A stretch of DNA of 64,000 nt. It comes from Capsulimonadaceae bacterium (GTDB lineage Bacteria; Armatimonadota; Armatimonadia; Armatimonadales; Capsulimonadaceae). The translations under genes and the position numbers were made by a program. The DNA lies in NCBI GenBank assembly GCA_965215505.1, contig OZ244065.1, positions 1,952,001 through 2,016,000 of the forward strand. Direction: 5' to 3'. Under the pieces are notes generated by a model. The model searched no databases and was not told where the DNA came from. It worked only from the letters and a program-made list of their open reading frames with translations. Below are positions 11,881 to 21,521 of this stretch, piece after piece (position 1 is the stretch's first letter; every line of letters starts with the position of its first letter).

Positions 11881-13116
11881 CTAGCCCTCATCGTCCTCTT
11901 CGTCCAGCATCTTCAGCATGTCGGCCGTGATGGTCACTTCGTCGCCGTAGGCGACGGCGTCGCCGCTCTCGTCGGTCGGCAGGACGACGGCACCCTCGCC
12001 GGCCAGGGCGGAAGCCGCCGTGCGGCCCGCGCCGCGCTCCTCGGCCTCGACCTCCTCGGCGGCCCGCGTGAAGGCGGCCTTGGCCTCCTGCGACTCGGAG
12101 CGGATGTCGATGCGCCAGCCGGTCAGGCGGGCGGCCAGCCGGACGTTCTGGCCGGACTTGCCGATGGCGAGCGAGAGCATGCTGTCCGGGACGAGGACGA
12201 AGCAGGACTTCTTCTCCTCGTTGACGCGCACCTGGACGCTCTTGGCGGGCGACAGGCTCTCCTGGACGAACTGCTTGACGTCGGCGCTCCAGCGGACGAT
12301 GTCTATCTTCTCGTCGTAAAGCTCCGAGACGACCGCCTGGACGCGCGCTCCCCGGTGGCCGACGCACGCGCCGACCGGGTCAATCCGATCCTCCTCGGAG
12401 GCGACGGCGATCTTGGAGCGCGCGCCGGCCTCGCGGGCGACGCTCTTGATCAGCACGGAGCCGTCGGCGATCTCGGGGACTTCCAGCTCGAACAGCCTTC
12501 GGATCAGGCTGGGGTGCGAGCGCGAAACGATCACCTGCGGGCCGCGCGTGGACTTACGCACTTCCAGCAAGTATACCTTAATCCGGTCGTTAAACCGGTA
12601 AGGCTCGGTGGGCACCTGCTCCTGCTTGGGCAGCAAAGCCTCCAGCTTGCCGATGTTGATGTAGACGTTGCCCATCTCGGTGCGCTGCACGATGCCCGTG
12701 GCGACCTCGCCGATCTTGGCATTGTACTCGTCGAAGACCTTCTCCCGCTCGGTCTCGCGGAACTCCTGCATCATCACCTGCCGGGCGGTCTGGGCGGCGA
12801 TGCGGCCGAAGTTCTCGGGCGTGACCATGATCGGGATCATGTCGCCGAGGACGGCGTCGGCCTTGATCTTGTGGGCGGAGTCGAGCGTCATTTCGGCGTG
12901 TTCGTTGGTGACGGCCTCGACCACCATCTTCTCGGCGGAGAACTTGAAGGCGTTCTTGGCCGTGGTGTCGATGTGGACGGCAACGTCCCCGGCGATGCCG
13001 TAGTGCTTCTTGTAGGCCTTGCCGAGTGCTATTTCCAGAGTCTTGAGCAGCGTGGCGAAAGGGATGTCTTTTTCCTTTTCGATCTGCCGCAGGGCTTCAA
13101 TAAAATCGCCGTTCAT
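11881..13116 (-). CDS. nusA: Transcription termination/antitermination factor NusA
   Basis: [32 protein letters not shown] and [24 protein letters not shown] motifs; start MNGDFIEAL at 13116. Confidence 0.97.
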   Translation of the reverse strand: MNGDFIEALRQIEKEKDIPFATLLKTLEIALGKAYKKHYGIAGDVAVHIDTTAKNAFKFSAEKMVVEAVTNEHAEMTLDSAHKIKADAVLGDMIPIMVTPENFGRIAAQTARQVMMQEFRETEREKVFDEYNAKIGEVATGIVQRTEMGNVYINIGKLEALLPKQEQVPTEPYRFNDRIKVYLLEVRKSTRGPQVIVSRSHPSLIRRLFELEVPEIADGSVLIKSVAREAGARSKIAVASEEDRIDPVGACVGHRGARVQAVVSELYDEKIDIVRWSADVKQFVQESLSPAKSVQVRVNEEKKSCFVLVPDSMLSLAIGKSGQNVRLAARLTGWRIDIRSESQEAKAAFTRAAEEVEAEERGAGRTAASALAGEGAVVLPTDESGDAVAYGDEVTITADMLKMLDEEDDEG

Positions 13117-13197
13117 AAAGTTTTTCCATGCTCCCCAGTGCGGACGCAAAAAACGGATGCAAAAAGACGGACGCGGAACAGACAGGCGAACAGACAG

Positions 13198-13224
13198 AAA
13201 GAGCGGGCGCAATGCCCGCTCTTT
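13198..13224 (-). promoter_or_regulatory. Terminator-like leader hairpin upstream of nusA
   Basis: Minus strand AAAGAGCGGGC-ATTGC-GCCCGCTCTTT, between the promoter and the nusA start. Confidence 0.65.
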
Positions 13225-13255
13225 TCAGAAGTGTGTTCTCTGAAACTGATGTACC

Positions 13256-13284
13256 ATTATAGCACACCGCCCGTGGTTTTGCAA
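13256..13284 (-). promoter_or_regulatory. Sigma70 promoter of the nusA operon
   Basis: TTGCAA-17 nt-TATAAT on the minus strand with an extended TGn. Confidence 0.75.
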
Positions 13285-13415
13285 GGCCGCCCCGCGGCGC
13301 GCACCGTGACCGGGGATACAGACCGGCGGTTCAACCCCCGATACTACGGTTGCTATGGACGTATAACACTGGGGGCGAGGGCCGGGTTCCTGTGAGGCTT
13401 CGCTGCGGGGACTTG

Positions 13416-13763
13416 CTACAGGGTCCCGCCGAGGCTGCCGTCCTCGCCGAAGACGAGGGTGCGGTCGGAGACGTCGGTGCCCACGGTGTCGCCGCTCACG
13501 CCGGCGGGTGTGAGGAGGCCGTCGAAGTCCTCGGCCGTCGGCTTCCGGCCCTTGGCGCCGCGCAGGCCGTTCGCGGCGTCTATCTCCTTCTCGTGCGGCG
13601 TCTCGGTGACGGACGCGACGTAGTCGCCCAGGCTGTGGTCAACGGGTGCGCCGGCGAGGATGGCCCTGTCGGCGGTCTCCTGCGCGGCGTCGCGGAAGGC
13701 GGGCTTGTCGGGCTGGGCGCTCGTCAGGGCGTCCGTGGCGCGCGGGGTGGCATCGGTTGCCAT
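13416..13763 (-). CDS. Hypothetical acidic protein
   Basis: MATDATPRATD..., preceded by an AAAGGA RBS; host-like codon usage. Confidence 0.7.
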   Translation of the reverse strand: MATDATPRATDALTSAQPDKPAFRDAAQETADRAILAGAPVDHSLGDYVASVTETPHEKEIDAANGLRGAKGRKPTAEDFDGLLTPAGVSGDTVGTDVSDRTLVFGEDGSLGGTL

Positions 13764-13876
13764 GGGTGTTAGGTCCTTTCTCTCGGCGGCTTGCTGTCGG
13801 CGGCGTACTGTCGGTTGTCCCCGGCCCGTGGCGGGGGTAAACCCCCGGCGCGAGGGCCTTTGTTTACAGTGTACGC

Positions 13877-13905
13877 TTGACAACGGAACAAAAGTGCCGG
13901 ATAAT
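13877..13905 (+). promoter_or_regulatory. Sigma70 promoter of the kinase/activator operon
   Basis: TTGACA-17 nt-GATAAT upstream of ATG 13922. Confidence 0.6.
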
Positions 13906-13921
13906 GAAGTCGGAATCACTC

Positions 13922-16900
13922 ATGAACACCTACCCAGACAGTGACGGGAGCGGGGCGACACAGGGCGGGGGCGGCGAGGCGCTGCTGCGGCAGTCGGCGC
14001 TGATCGTGGCGGACGACACCCGCTCGCCGCTCCCCCTGTTGCTGGCTTTGGCCTCTCGGGCACTCGGGACCGCGCAGGCCGCCCTCTTCCGCGTGGGGCC
14101 GGGGGACGCCCTCCAGCTCCTCGAAGGGGACGCTGCGGCGGCGCTCCGTGCCAGCGCCGCCGGCCTCCTCGCCTCGCACCGGCTTGACGACGTGCGGCGG
14201 AACGGGCGGGCGGCGGACTGCGGCGAGGGCGCGGCCCTGCTGTTCGGGGCATCGGGGGAGCCGCTGGGCGTGTGGGCAGCAGTCCTGCCCCCGGAGGGCC
14301 TGGAGCGGTGGCACCGGCTTTCCCCAGCATTGGCCCCATTCTTCCTCATCGGCCTGCGGCAGACGCTCTGGCGGGACGAGATCGAGGCCGCACGGACACA
14401 GGTAGAGCGGCGCATCCGCGAGGTCGCCACGGTGTACGACATCGGCCAGGCGATGGACAAGGTGGAGATAGACCGGCTGCTGGACATGGTCACGGAGAAG
14501 GCGGCGGCCGTCATGGAGGCGCAGGCTTGCTCGCTCCTGCTGAAGCTGCCCGAGTCCGACTCGCTGGTCATCGCCGCCTCGCACGGCCTGCCCGACGATG
14601 TGGTGGAGAACGCCCGCATTTTCGTCGGCAGCAGCATCGCGGGCCGCGTGGTCGAGACGGGCGAGCCGCTGCTGCTGAACTCGCTGGCCGATGACCCCCG
14701 GTTCCACGGGTCCTCGGTCCACAGCGTCCCCGACGTCTCCTCCTCGATCTGCATGCCGATGAAGAACGAGGACGGCGCGGTCCAGGGGGTGCTGTGCATC
14801 CGCCGCCGGGCCGCCGCGCCCGTCTTCACCGAGGAAGACCTGCGTTTGTTCTCCATCTTCGCGACTCAGGCGGGGCTTGCGATCAACAACGCGCAGCTCT
14901 ATGCCCGGCTCAACCACAAGCTCCAGGAGTTGTCCACGCTGGCCGCTTTGACCGAGACGATCACGTCCACGCTGGACCTGGACCAGGTGCTGAATCAGGT
15001 GGCCGACAACATCGTGGACGTCGTCCACTTCGACCGCTGCCGGATCTATCTGCTGGACATGGAGACGGGCCGGTTCTCGCCGCGCATCGTGCGCGGCTTC
15101 CGCCGGGCCTCCTCCGACGACCCGGACGCCGAAGTCGGGATCGGCGAGGGCGTAGTCGGGATGGTCGCCCAGCGGCAGTCGCCGCTGCTGGTGGAACACG
15201 TCGCACAGGCGAGGCCGGGCGAGCGGGAGTATGGGCTGGCCCTGGAGATGGAGGCGTTCTACGCCCAGCCGATCGTCGCACGCGGGCGGTGCATCGGGGT
15301 CATCGTGGTCAGCAACACCGGCCCGCAGCGGCCCATCGCGCGCGGGGACATCGAGCTGCTCTCGACGTTCGTCCACCAGGCGGGCATCGCCATCGAGAAC
15401 GCCCGGATCATCGCCGGGCAGGAGAAGCGGTACGCCGAGCTGACCACGCTCTACGAGGTGAGTAAGACCCTGGCGGCCACCTCGGGGGTGCAGAAGGCGG
15501 CCCAGACGGTCAACGACCTGGCGACCCAGATCACCGACAGCGATGCCGGCCTGCTGCTGCTGTTCGACGGGACGCAGGAGGGCCTGAGCGCGCTGCACTG
15601 GCGGGGTGTCTCGGACGTGCTGGGCAAGCGGCTCCGCTCGTTCATCACGCCGGTCCCGGTGTCTGCCCCCGCCCGCGCCCTGCGCGCGCCGCGGCTGCTG
15701 ACGCCGGAGGGGGCGGAGCAGGTCTTCGGGCCGGAGTGGCGGCCCGTCTTCGAGTCCTTCCTGACCCACCACCGCGCGACCGCGCTGGTGCCGCTGGTGG
15801 TGGACGACGCCGCCGTGGGCTTCCTGATCCTCGGCAAGCACGGCACGGACTACGGGGACCAGGAGCTGAAGCTGATCGCGGTCGCCTCCTCGCAGGCGGC
15901 CACCGTCCTCCGCAGCGCGTCCTCCTATGAGCGCCGCATCGGGCAGCGCGACCTGGAGCTGTCGGCGGTCTACGAGCTGATGCAGAAGGTCCGGGCGGCG
16001 ACGACGCTGGAGGAGGCGCTGTCGTCCATCCTGGACATCGTCGCAAGCCTCGTCTGGAGCGACGAGTCCTCGCTGCTGACGGTGGACGAGGGCGGGCAGA
16101 CCATGACGGTCCGGGCGGCGCGGGGCGAGCGGGCCGAGGAGATCGTCGGGCGCGGGACGCTGCCGATGGGCGGGGACAGCATCGCCGCGCGCGCCCTGCG
16201 CGCCCGAACCGGGCTGATCGCGTCGGACATCCTGGACGGCGGCGAGACGCCCCGCTCGCGCTCGCGCATGGCGATTCCGCTGGTGGTCGCCGAGGAGCTG
16301 ATCGGCGTCCTGATGATGGAGAGCCGGACACCGGACCTCTACACCGAGGACAGCGTCATGATGCTGCACCTGGTCGCCTCGCAGGCGGCCACGATCTACC
16401 GGGAGATGACCTCGCTCCGGAACCTGACCCGGTACACCGACAACATCCTGCGCTCGATCGCGGCGGGCGTCATCACCGTGGACAAGCATGGCTACGTCGT
16501 CACCTGGAACAAGCGGGCCGAGGAGATCGTCCGGCTGAACGCGGGCCAGGTCATCGGCCGGCACTACCGCCAGTTCATCAAGATGCTCCAGCTCGACCGG
16601 GCCGTGCGCGAGGAGACCATGCACATGGTCGAGCTGACGGCCCAGACGGGCAAGGTCTTCACCCGCAACCAGCTCTGCTACCCGGACGCGCGGGGCGAGG
16701 AGACCTACATCAACCTGAGCGCCTCCCAGCTCCGCAGCGAGTCGGGGGACTCGCTTGGCGTCGTGGTCATCTTTGAAGACGTCACCAACGAGGTCCAGAT
16801 GAAGGAGGAGGTGGAGCGGGTTTCCAAGCTGGCCGAGACCGGCCAGCTCGCGGCGAACATCGCCCACGAGCTGCGTAACCCTTTGTCCTCCATCAAGGGT

Positions 16901-17593
16901 GCGGCCCAGCTCCTGCGCCGGGGCCTGCCCGAAGCCGTCATCGCCGAACACGGCGAGTTCCTGGACATGATCGTCCAGGAGGTCAACGGCCTGGACCGGA
17001 TCGCGACCGAGTTCCTGGAGTTTTCGCGCGTGACGCCGCCGGAGATGCGCCCGGTGGACGTCAACGCCATGCTGTCCCGGATGCTGCTGTTCATGAGCGC
17101 CTACCTCGCCGACCAGGAAGTCCGGATCGTTCAGGCCTTCGGGGCGGACCTGCCGGAACTCCCGCTGGACCGCTCGCAGATCGAGCAGGTGGTCAAGAAC
17201 ATCGTCATCAACGCCGTCCAAGCCATGCCGCACGGCGGGACGCTGTCGGTCACCACGCGCCGTCAGATGCAGACGGACACGGTTGAGATGGAGTTCGCCG
17301 ACACGGGCGTCGGCATCCCGGCGAGCAAGATGGACAAGATCTGCGCCCCGTTCTTCACGACCAAGACCAAGGGGACAGGGCTGGGCCTTGCAATCGTCCG
17401 CAAGATCGTCGAGACGCACGGGGGCCGGCTGGTGATTCGCAGCACGCCGGGCGAGGGGTCCGCGTTCGCGATCCAGCTCCCGGTACGGCCCACGCACACC
17501 GGCATGATGCCGCCGTCGCGGACGGAAATCACCGACCAGCGCAGCGACCAGCCGGGCCAGATTTACGAGTCAGAGACTGACTATTCAGACTAA
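13922..17593 (+). CDS. Cytoplasmic sensor histidine kinase (tandem GAF domains, PAS, HisKA, HATPase)
   Basis: Four repeated GAF-like blocks ending in A.QA..AI.NA-type helices; PAS (VITVDKHGYVVTWNKRAE); H-box AHELRNPL; N box; DTGVGI; PFFTTK; GTGLGL. No clear TM segments. Confidence 0.93.
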   Translation: MNTYPDSDGSGATQGGGGEALLRQSALIVADDTRSPLPLLLALASRALGTAQAALFRVGPGDALQLLEGDAAAALRASAAGLLASHRLDDVRRNGRAADCGEGAALLFGASGEPLGVWAAVLPPEGLERWHRLSPALAPFFLIGLRQTLWRDEIEAARTQVERRIREVATVYDIGQAMDKVEIDRLLDMVTEKAAAVMEAQACSLLLKLPESDSLVIAASHGLPDDVVENARIFVGSSIAGRVVETGEPLLLNSLADDPRFHGSSVHSVPDVSSSICMPMKNEDGAVQGVLCIRRRAAAPVFTEEDLRLFSIFATQAGLAINNAQLYARLNHKLQELSTLAALTETITSTLDLDQVLNQVADNIVDVVHFDRCRIYLLDMETGRFSPRIVRGFRRASSDDPDAEVGIGEGVVGMVAQRQSPLLVEHVAQARPGEREYGLALEMEAFYAQPIVARGRCIGVIVVSNTGPQRPIARGDIELLSTFVHQAGIAIENARIIAGQEKRYAELTTLYEVSKTLAATSGVQKAAQTVNDLATQITDSDAGLLLLFDGTQEGLSALHWRGVSDVLGKRLRSFITPVPVSAPARALRAPRLLTPEGAEQVFGPEWRPVFESFLTHHRATALVPLVVDDAAVGFLILGKHGTDYGDQELKLIAVASSQAATVLRSASSYERRIGQRDLELSAVYELMQKVRAATTLEEALSSILDIVASLVWSDESSLLTVDEGGQTMTVRAARGERAEEIVGRGTLPMGGDSIAARALRARTGLIASDILDGGETPRSRSRMAIPLVVAEELIGVLMMESRTPDLYTEDSVMMLHLVASQAATIYREMTSLRNLTRYTDNILRSIAAGVITVDKHGYVVTWNKRAEEIVRLNAGQVIGRHYRQFIKMLQLDRAVREETMHMVELTAQTGKVFTRNQLCYPDARGEETYINLSASQLRSESGDSLGVVVIFEDVTNEVQMKEEVERVSKLAETGQLAANIAHELRNPLSSIKGAAQLLRRGLPEAVIAEHGEFLDMIVQEVNGLDRIATEFLEFSRVTPPEMRPVDVNAMLSRMLLFMSAYLADQEVRIVQAFGADLPELPLDRSQIEQVVKNIVINAVQAMPHGGTLSVTTRRQMQTDTVEMEFADTGVGIPASKMDKICAPFFTTKTKGTGLGLAIVRKIVETHGGRLVIRSTPGEGSAFAIQLPVRPTHTGMMPPSRTEITDQRSDQPGQIYESETDYSD

Positions 17594-17632
17594 AAGACGA
17601 CCGGACTGAGAGACGGAAGGATTCCACGCAGT

Positions 17633-18862
17633 ATGGCCGCAGACACCGCCGCGCCCGCATCGCCGAAGACCAAGACACTGCTGATCGCCGACGATGAGCC
17701 AAACATTCGCCGCGTATTGCAGGCGATCTTCATTAAAGACGGTTACGAGGTCCACGTCGCCGAAAACGGCGTCAAGGCCCTGGAATGGGCGTCCGCAAAC
17801 CCGGTCACGCTGCTGATCACCGACCTGATCATGCCGGACATGAACGGCGTGGAGCTGATCCAGAAGGTCAAGCAGCGCCACCCCGGCGCGGTCGCCATCG
17901 TGATCACGGCCTACGCGACGATCAAGACGTGCGTGGACGCGATGCGCTACGGTGCCTCGGACTATATCACCAAGCCCTTCGACATGGACGAGATCCGGGC
18001 CGTCGTCAAGCGGGCGGTGACGCGGGCGGCCGAGTCGCAGGCGGCGGCGACGGGCGGGGTCAAGCCGGGCGGCGCGGGGGCCGCCCCGTCGCTGCTCGCG
18101 AACGCCGTCAGCCCGGCCATGCAGGAGATACTGACCACGGTGGGCCGGGCGGCCGCGTCGCGCGCCACGGTCCTGATCCGGGGCGAGAGCGGGACGGGGA
18201 AAGAGCTGGTCGCCCGCGCGCTGCACGAGCAGTCGGACCGGGCGGGCGGGCCGTTCGTCCCGATCTCCTGCGCCGCCCTGTCGGAGACTCTGCTGGAGAG
18301 CGAGCTGTTCGGCCACGAGAAGAACGCCTTCACGGGGGCGGCGGCGGAGAAGAAGGGGCGGTTCGAGCTGGCGCACGGCGGGACGCTGTTTTTGGATGAG
18401 ATCGGGGACATTTCGGGGGCGGTGCAGGTGAAGCTGCTGCGCGTCTTGCAGCAGCGCGAGTTCGAGCGGGTCGGCGGGATGAAGACGATCAAGGTGGACG
18501 TGCGGGTCGTCGCCGCCACGAACGGGGATCTGGAACAGCTCATCAAGGACAACAAGTTCCGCGAGGATTTATACTACCGTTTGCAGGTCATCCAGATCAC
18601 GATGCCGCCGCTCCGCAAGCGCGCCGAGGACATCCCGCTGCTGGTTTCGCAGTTCCTGCACAAGTTCAACGGCGAGAACCTGACGGCGGTGGAGGCGTTC
18701 TCGGCCGAGGCCATGATGCACCTGCTGTCGTATCCGTGGCCGGGCAACGTGCGCGAACTGGAGAACGTCGTGGAGCGGTGCGTCGTCATGGCTGACCACA
18801 ACACGAGCGTCGTGGACGCCGCCCTGCTGCCTTCAGTCATCCGGGACGGGAGCATGCGGTAG
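17633..18862 (+). CDS. Sigma54-dependent response regulator (REC + AAA+) without a C-terminal HTH
   Basis: REC (ADDEP, TDLIMP, TKPF), [30 protein letters not shown] and [10 protein letters not shown] motifs; the ORF ends about 30 aa later. Confidence 0.92.
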   Translation: MAADTAAPASPKTKTLLIADDEPNIRRVLQAIFIKDGYEVHVAENGVKALEWASANPVTLLITDLIMPDMNGVELIQKVKQRHPGAVAIVITAYATIKTCVDAMRYGASDYITKPFDMDEIRAVVKRAVTRAAESQAAATGGVKPGGAGAAPSLLANAVSPAMQEILTTVGRAAASRATVLIRGESGTGKELVARALHEQSDRAGGPFVPISCAALSETLLESELFGHEKNAFTGAAAEKKGRFELAHGGTLFLDEIGDISGAVQVKLLRVLQQREFERVGGMKTIKVDVRVVAATNGDLEQLIKDNKFREDLYYRLQVIQITMPPLRKRAEDIPLLVSQFLHKFNGENLTAVEAFSAEAMMHLLSYPWPGNVRELENVVERCVVMADHNTSVVDAALLPSVIRDGSMR

Positions 18863-18866
18863 GACC

Positions 18867-19027
18867 GGCCCCCACCCCCGGCGCGGACGCCGACCCCTCC
18901 CCCGCAAGCGGGAGAGGGGTACAAGAAAAGAAGTCAAGAGCGCACGCGCTACGGCTCCCTTCCCTGTTCCTCACCCCTCTCCCGCTTGCGGGGGCAGGGG
19001 TCGGCGTCCGCGCCGGGGGTGGGGGCC
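18867..19027. repeat. Long inverted repeat (about 54-bp arms), REP/MITE-like, between convergent genes
   Basis: 18867-18920 is the reverse complement of 18973-19027 apart from one extra base; the arms contain internal palindromes. Confidence 0.85.
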
Positions 19028-19034
19028 TCCCCTT

Positions 19035-19766
19035 CTACAGCGCCACCGTCTTGCTCGGCCCCGCCCCTAATACCTCGGCGGGGTCGCGCCAGCCCATGCT
19101 CTCCCCGTCGCGCATCATCAGGACCGCGTCGGCCCCTTGCAGCATCTCAGGGTCGTGCGTGACCACGACCACGGTCCCCTGATCCCGGTAGGCCGAGAGC
19201 AGGTCCACGACGAGATGCCCGTTGGCGTGGTCGAGCGAGGCGGTTGGCTCGTCCGCGAAGATCACCTCGGGGTCGTTCATCATCGCCCGCGCCACGCAGA
19301 CGCGCTGCTTCTCGCCGCCCGAGAGCTGCGAGGGCAGCTTGTCGGCCATGCCGGCGATGCCGAGCTGCTCGAAGTAGCCGGCGGCCTTGCGGCGGGCGGC
19401 GGCGTCCAGATTGGGCGCCCCCATCAGGACGTTCTCCATCGCCGTCTGCCAGACCAGCAGGTAGGGCTGCTGGAAGACGAACCCGAACCGCTGCCGGCGC
19501 AGGTCGATCAGGTCGAGGTCGGAATGCTTCCCGTAGAGGTAGTCGCCGATCTGCACGTCGCCGCCGGTCGGGCGCTTCAGGCCGCTCAGGATGTAGAGTA
19601 GGGAGGACTTGCCGGACCCGGACGGCCCCATGATGCCGACGAACCGCTTGTTCGGGATCTCGATGCTGACTTCGCGCAGGGCAAAAGTGCGCCGCGCGCC
19701 GTCATCGTAAACCAGCGAAATTTTGTCGGTTGACAGAATGGAAGTTGACGGAATGGACTCGGGCAC
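19035..19766 (-). CDS. ABC transporter ATP-binding protein (LolD/MacB-like)
   Basis: GPSGSGKS, LSGGEKQRV, ADEPT and VTHD motifs. Confidence 0.93.
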   Translation of the reverse strand: MPESIPSTSILSTDKISLVYDDGARRTFALREVSIEIPNKRFVGIMGPSGSGKSSLLYILSGLKRPTGGDVQIGDYLYGKHSDLDLIDLRRQRFGFVFQQPYLLVWQTAMENVLMGAPNLDAAARRKAAGYFEQLGIAGMADKLPSQLSGGEKQRVCVARAMMNDPEVIFADEPTASLDHANGHLVVDLLSAYRDQGTVVVVTHDPEMLQGADAVLMMRDGESMGWRDPAEVLGAGPSKTVAL

Positions 19767-19768
19767 TC

Positions 19769-20932
19769 TTAGCGTCTTTCTATGATGGTCACGGGATCGA
19801 GCCGGGCCAGCTTAACACTGATGGTGACGACGGCGAACAGCGTGATGAAGACCGGGATGGGCAGCGTGTTGATGTACGAGAGCGGATCAGCCGGATTGAT
19901 CAGCATCCCGCGCGGCTCGAAGACACTCCCCTTCATGGCGCTGAGGGCACCGAAGTTGACCGCGACGCCCACCAGCCAGCCGAGGGTCGTCAGGATGACC
20001 GTTTCGGAAACGGCGTGCCAGACCAGGATGCTGCGGCGTAGGCCGATGGCGGCCAGCACGGCGAACTCGCTGATGCGCTGCGTGAAGTAGATGTTGGACA
20101 GCATCCCGGCCATGAGCGCGACCACGAAGATGACCGCCCCGTTGACCAGGTGCATGATCAGGTACATGGAGGCCAGCGAGTTCCGCAGCGTCTTCACCAG
20201 GTTGTTGAACGAAAGCACCTGCACCTGGAACTTGTCCAGCGAGTCGAACAGGGCGTCCCCCACCCGCCCCTGGTCGGCGGGGTCCGTGGTGGTCACCAGC
20301 AGGGAGCGCGGCACGGCGGCGAGGCTCTCATCGGTGAACTGCTTGGAGGTGAAGGCCATCCAGGTGGGGCCGCGCAGGATGCCGACCAGGACGATCTTGG
20401 CGGGCGCGGCGACCAGGGTGCCGGTGTCCAGCGGCGAGGCGATGACGTCGCCGACCTTGACCTTCTTGTTGCGCGCCAGCCCCTCGGAGATGACGGCCTC
20501 GGGCTTGCCGGGCAGGGGCATCCGGCCGCCGGGCAGGAGCGAGTCGCCCGCGCGTTTGAGCAGATAATCGCGGTTCTCGTCGGTCACGCCGAAGCAGACG
20601 AAGGGGAACGGGCCGAAGACGGTGTTGATGTTGAAGAAGAACCCTGAAGTTTCGATGGTCCGTTCCACGCCGGGCGTCTTCTTGATCTGCGCCTGGATGT
20701 CGGCGGGCACGCGCACGACGGCCTCGCCGGGCAGGGCGGCGGCGATGCGCGGCAGGACCGGCGTGAAGACCTTGGTGTAGTTGTAGATGGTCAGGACGGT
20801 CAGGTCAATCGAGTTGACGATGGTGACGACCGAGGCGATCAGGAACACCGACAGGACGATGACGAAGGCCAGGGGGAGGGTGCGCCCCAGGTTGCGCCGG
20901 AAGTAGGTGATGGGGTTGAGCGGGCGTGCGAT
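19769..20932 (-). CDS. FtsX/MacB-like ABC permease; probable non-canonical ATC start
   Basis: C-terminal QRISEFAVLAAIG FtsX motif. The frame continues 84 nt above the GTG at 20848 to an ATC that follows an AAGGA RBS. Confidence 0.8.
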   Translation of the reverse strand: MARPLNPITYFRRNLGRTLPLAFVIVLSVFLIASVVTIVNSIDLTVLTIYNYTKVFTPVLPRIAAALPGEAVVRVPADIQAQIKKTPGVERTIETSGFFFNINTVFGPFPFVCFGVTDENRDYLLKRAGDSLLPGGRMPLPGKPEAVISEGLARNKKVKVGDVIASPLDTGTLVAAPAKIVLVGILRGPTWMAFTSKQFTDESLAAVPRSLLVTTTDPADQGRVGDALFDSLDKFQVQVLSFNNLVKTLRNSLASMYLIMHLVNGAVIFVVALMAGMLSNIYFTQRISEFAVLAAIGLRRSILVWHAVSETVILTTLGWLVGVAVNFGALSAMKGSVFEPRGMLINPADPLSYINTLPIPVFITLFAVVTISVKLARLDPVTIIERR

Positions 20933-21005
20933 GGCCGTGGTTCCTTGCTAATGCCGACAGGTGTTGTTCCTCTGTTGTTTTATCGTGAAATGTTTCACGG
21001 GAGCA

Positions 21006-21419
21006 TTATACCCCCGATGGGTGCTTCTCCGCATAGAAGCCCAGCGCCATCAGCGCGATGAAGGCGACGACGACCAGACCGGTCAGGACGGTCGCCACGA
21101 TGCCGCAGATGCGTCCGGCCTGCACGGTGCCGCGCTGGTCCAGGGGATCGCCGGCGGTATCCAGTGTCCGCAGGGCGCTGTTGCCCATGATCCAGGCGGT
21201 GACCCCGAAGACGCCGCCGATGCCGCATGCGACGGCCAGGACGATCCCCAGGATGCCGAAGACCAGAATCAGGGTCGCGTTGACCGAAGGCGGGGGGTAG
21301 TAGCCGCCCGGCGCGGCGTAGTACCCGCCGGGCGGGGGCGGCCAGGCCTGGGGCGCATTGTAACGCGGCGGCGGCTGGCTATAGGGCGGCGGGGGCGGCT
21401 GATACTCCTCGTCGGGCAT
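21006..21419 (-). CDS. Pro/Tyr-rich DUF4190-like membrane protein
   Basis: Pro-rich N-terminus, LVFGILG..., AGRICGIV two-TM pattern; AAGGAG RBS. Confidence 0.8.
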   Translation of the reverse strand: MPDEEYQPPPPPYSQPPPRYNAPQAWPPPPGGYYAAPGGYYPPPSVNATLILVFGILGIVLAVACGIGGVFGVTAWIMGNSALRTLDTAGDPLDQRGTVQAGRICGIVATVLTGLVVVAFIALMALGFYAEKHPSGV

Positions 21420-21521
21420 GTCTGTCTCCTTCCTCTCCCAAAGATACCCACTTACCGGGCAGGAAAGCGGGTACATATCAAGGTATTCTAGCTAAACCAC
21501 GCCTCAGAAGGAGCAGCAGCC

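Noticed and set aside
11452-13395. 647-aa plus-strand ORF
   Set aside because: Antisense shadow of ylxR and nusA.
13916-17497. 1193-aa minus-strand ORF
   Set aside because: Antisense shadow of the histidine kinase. High-GC codon bias removes stops and no protein motifs are present.
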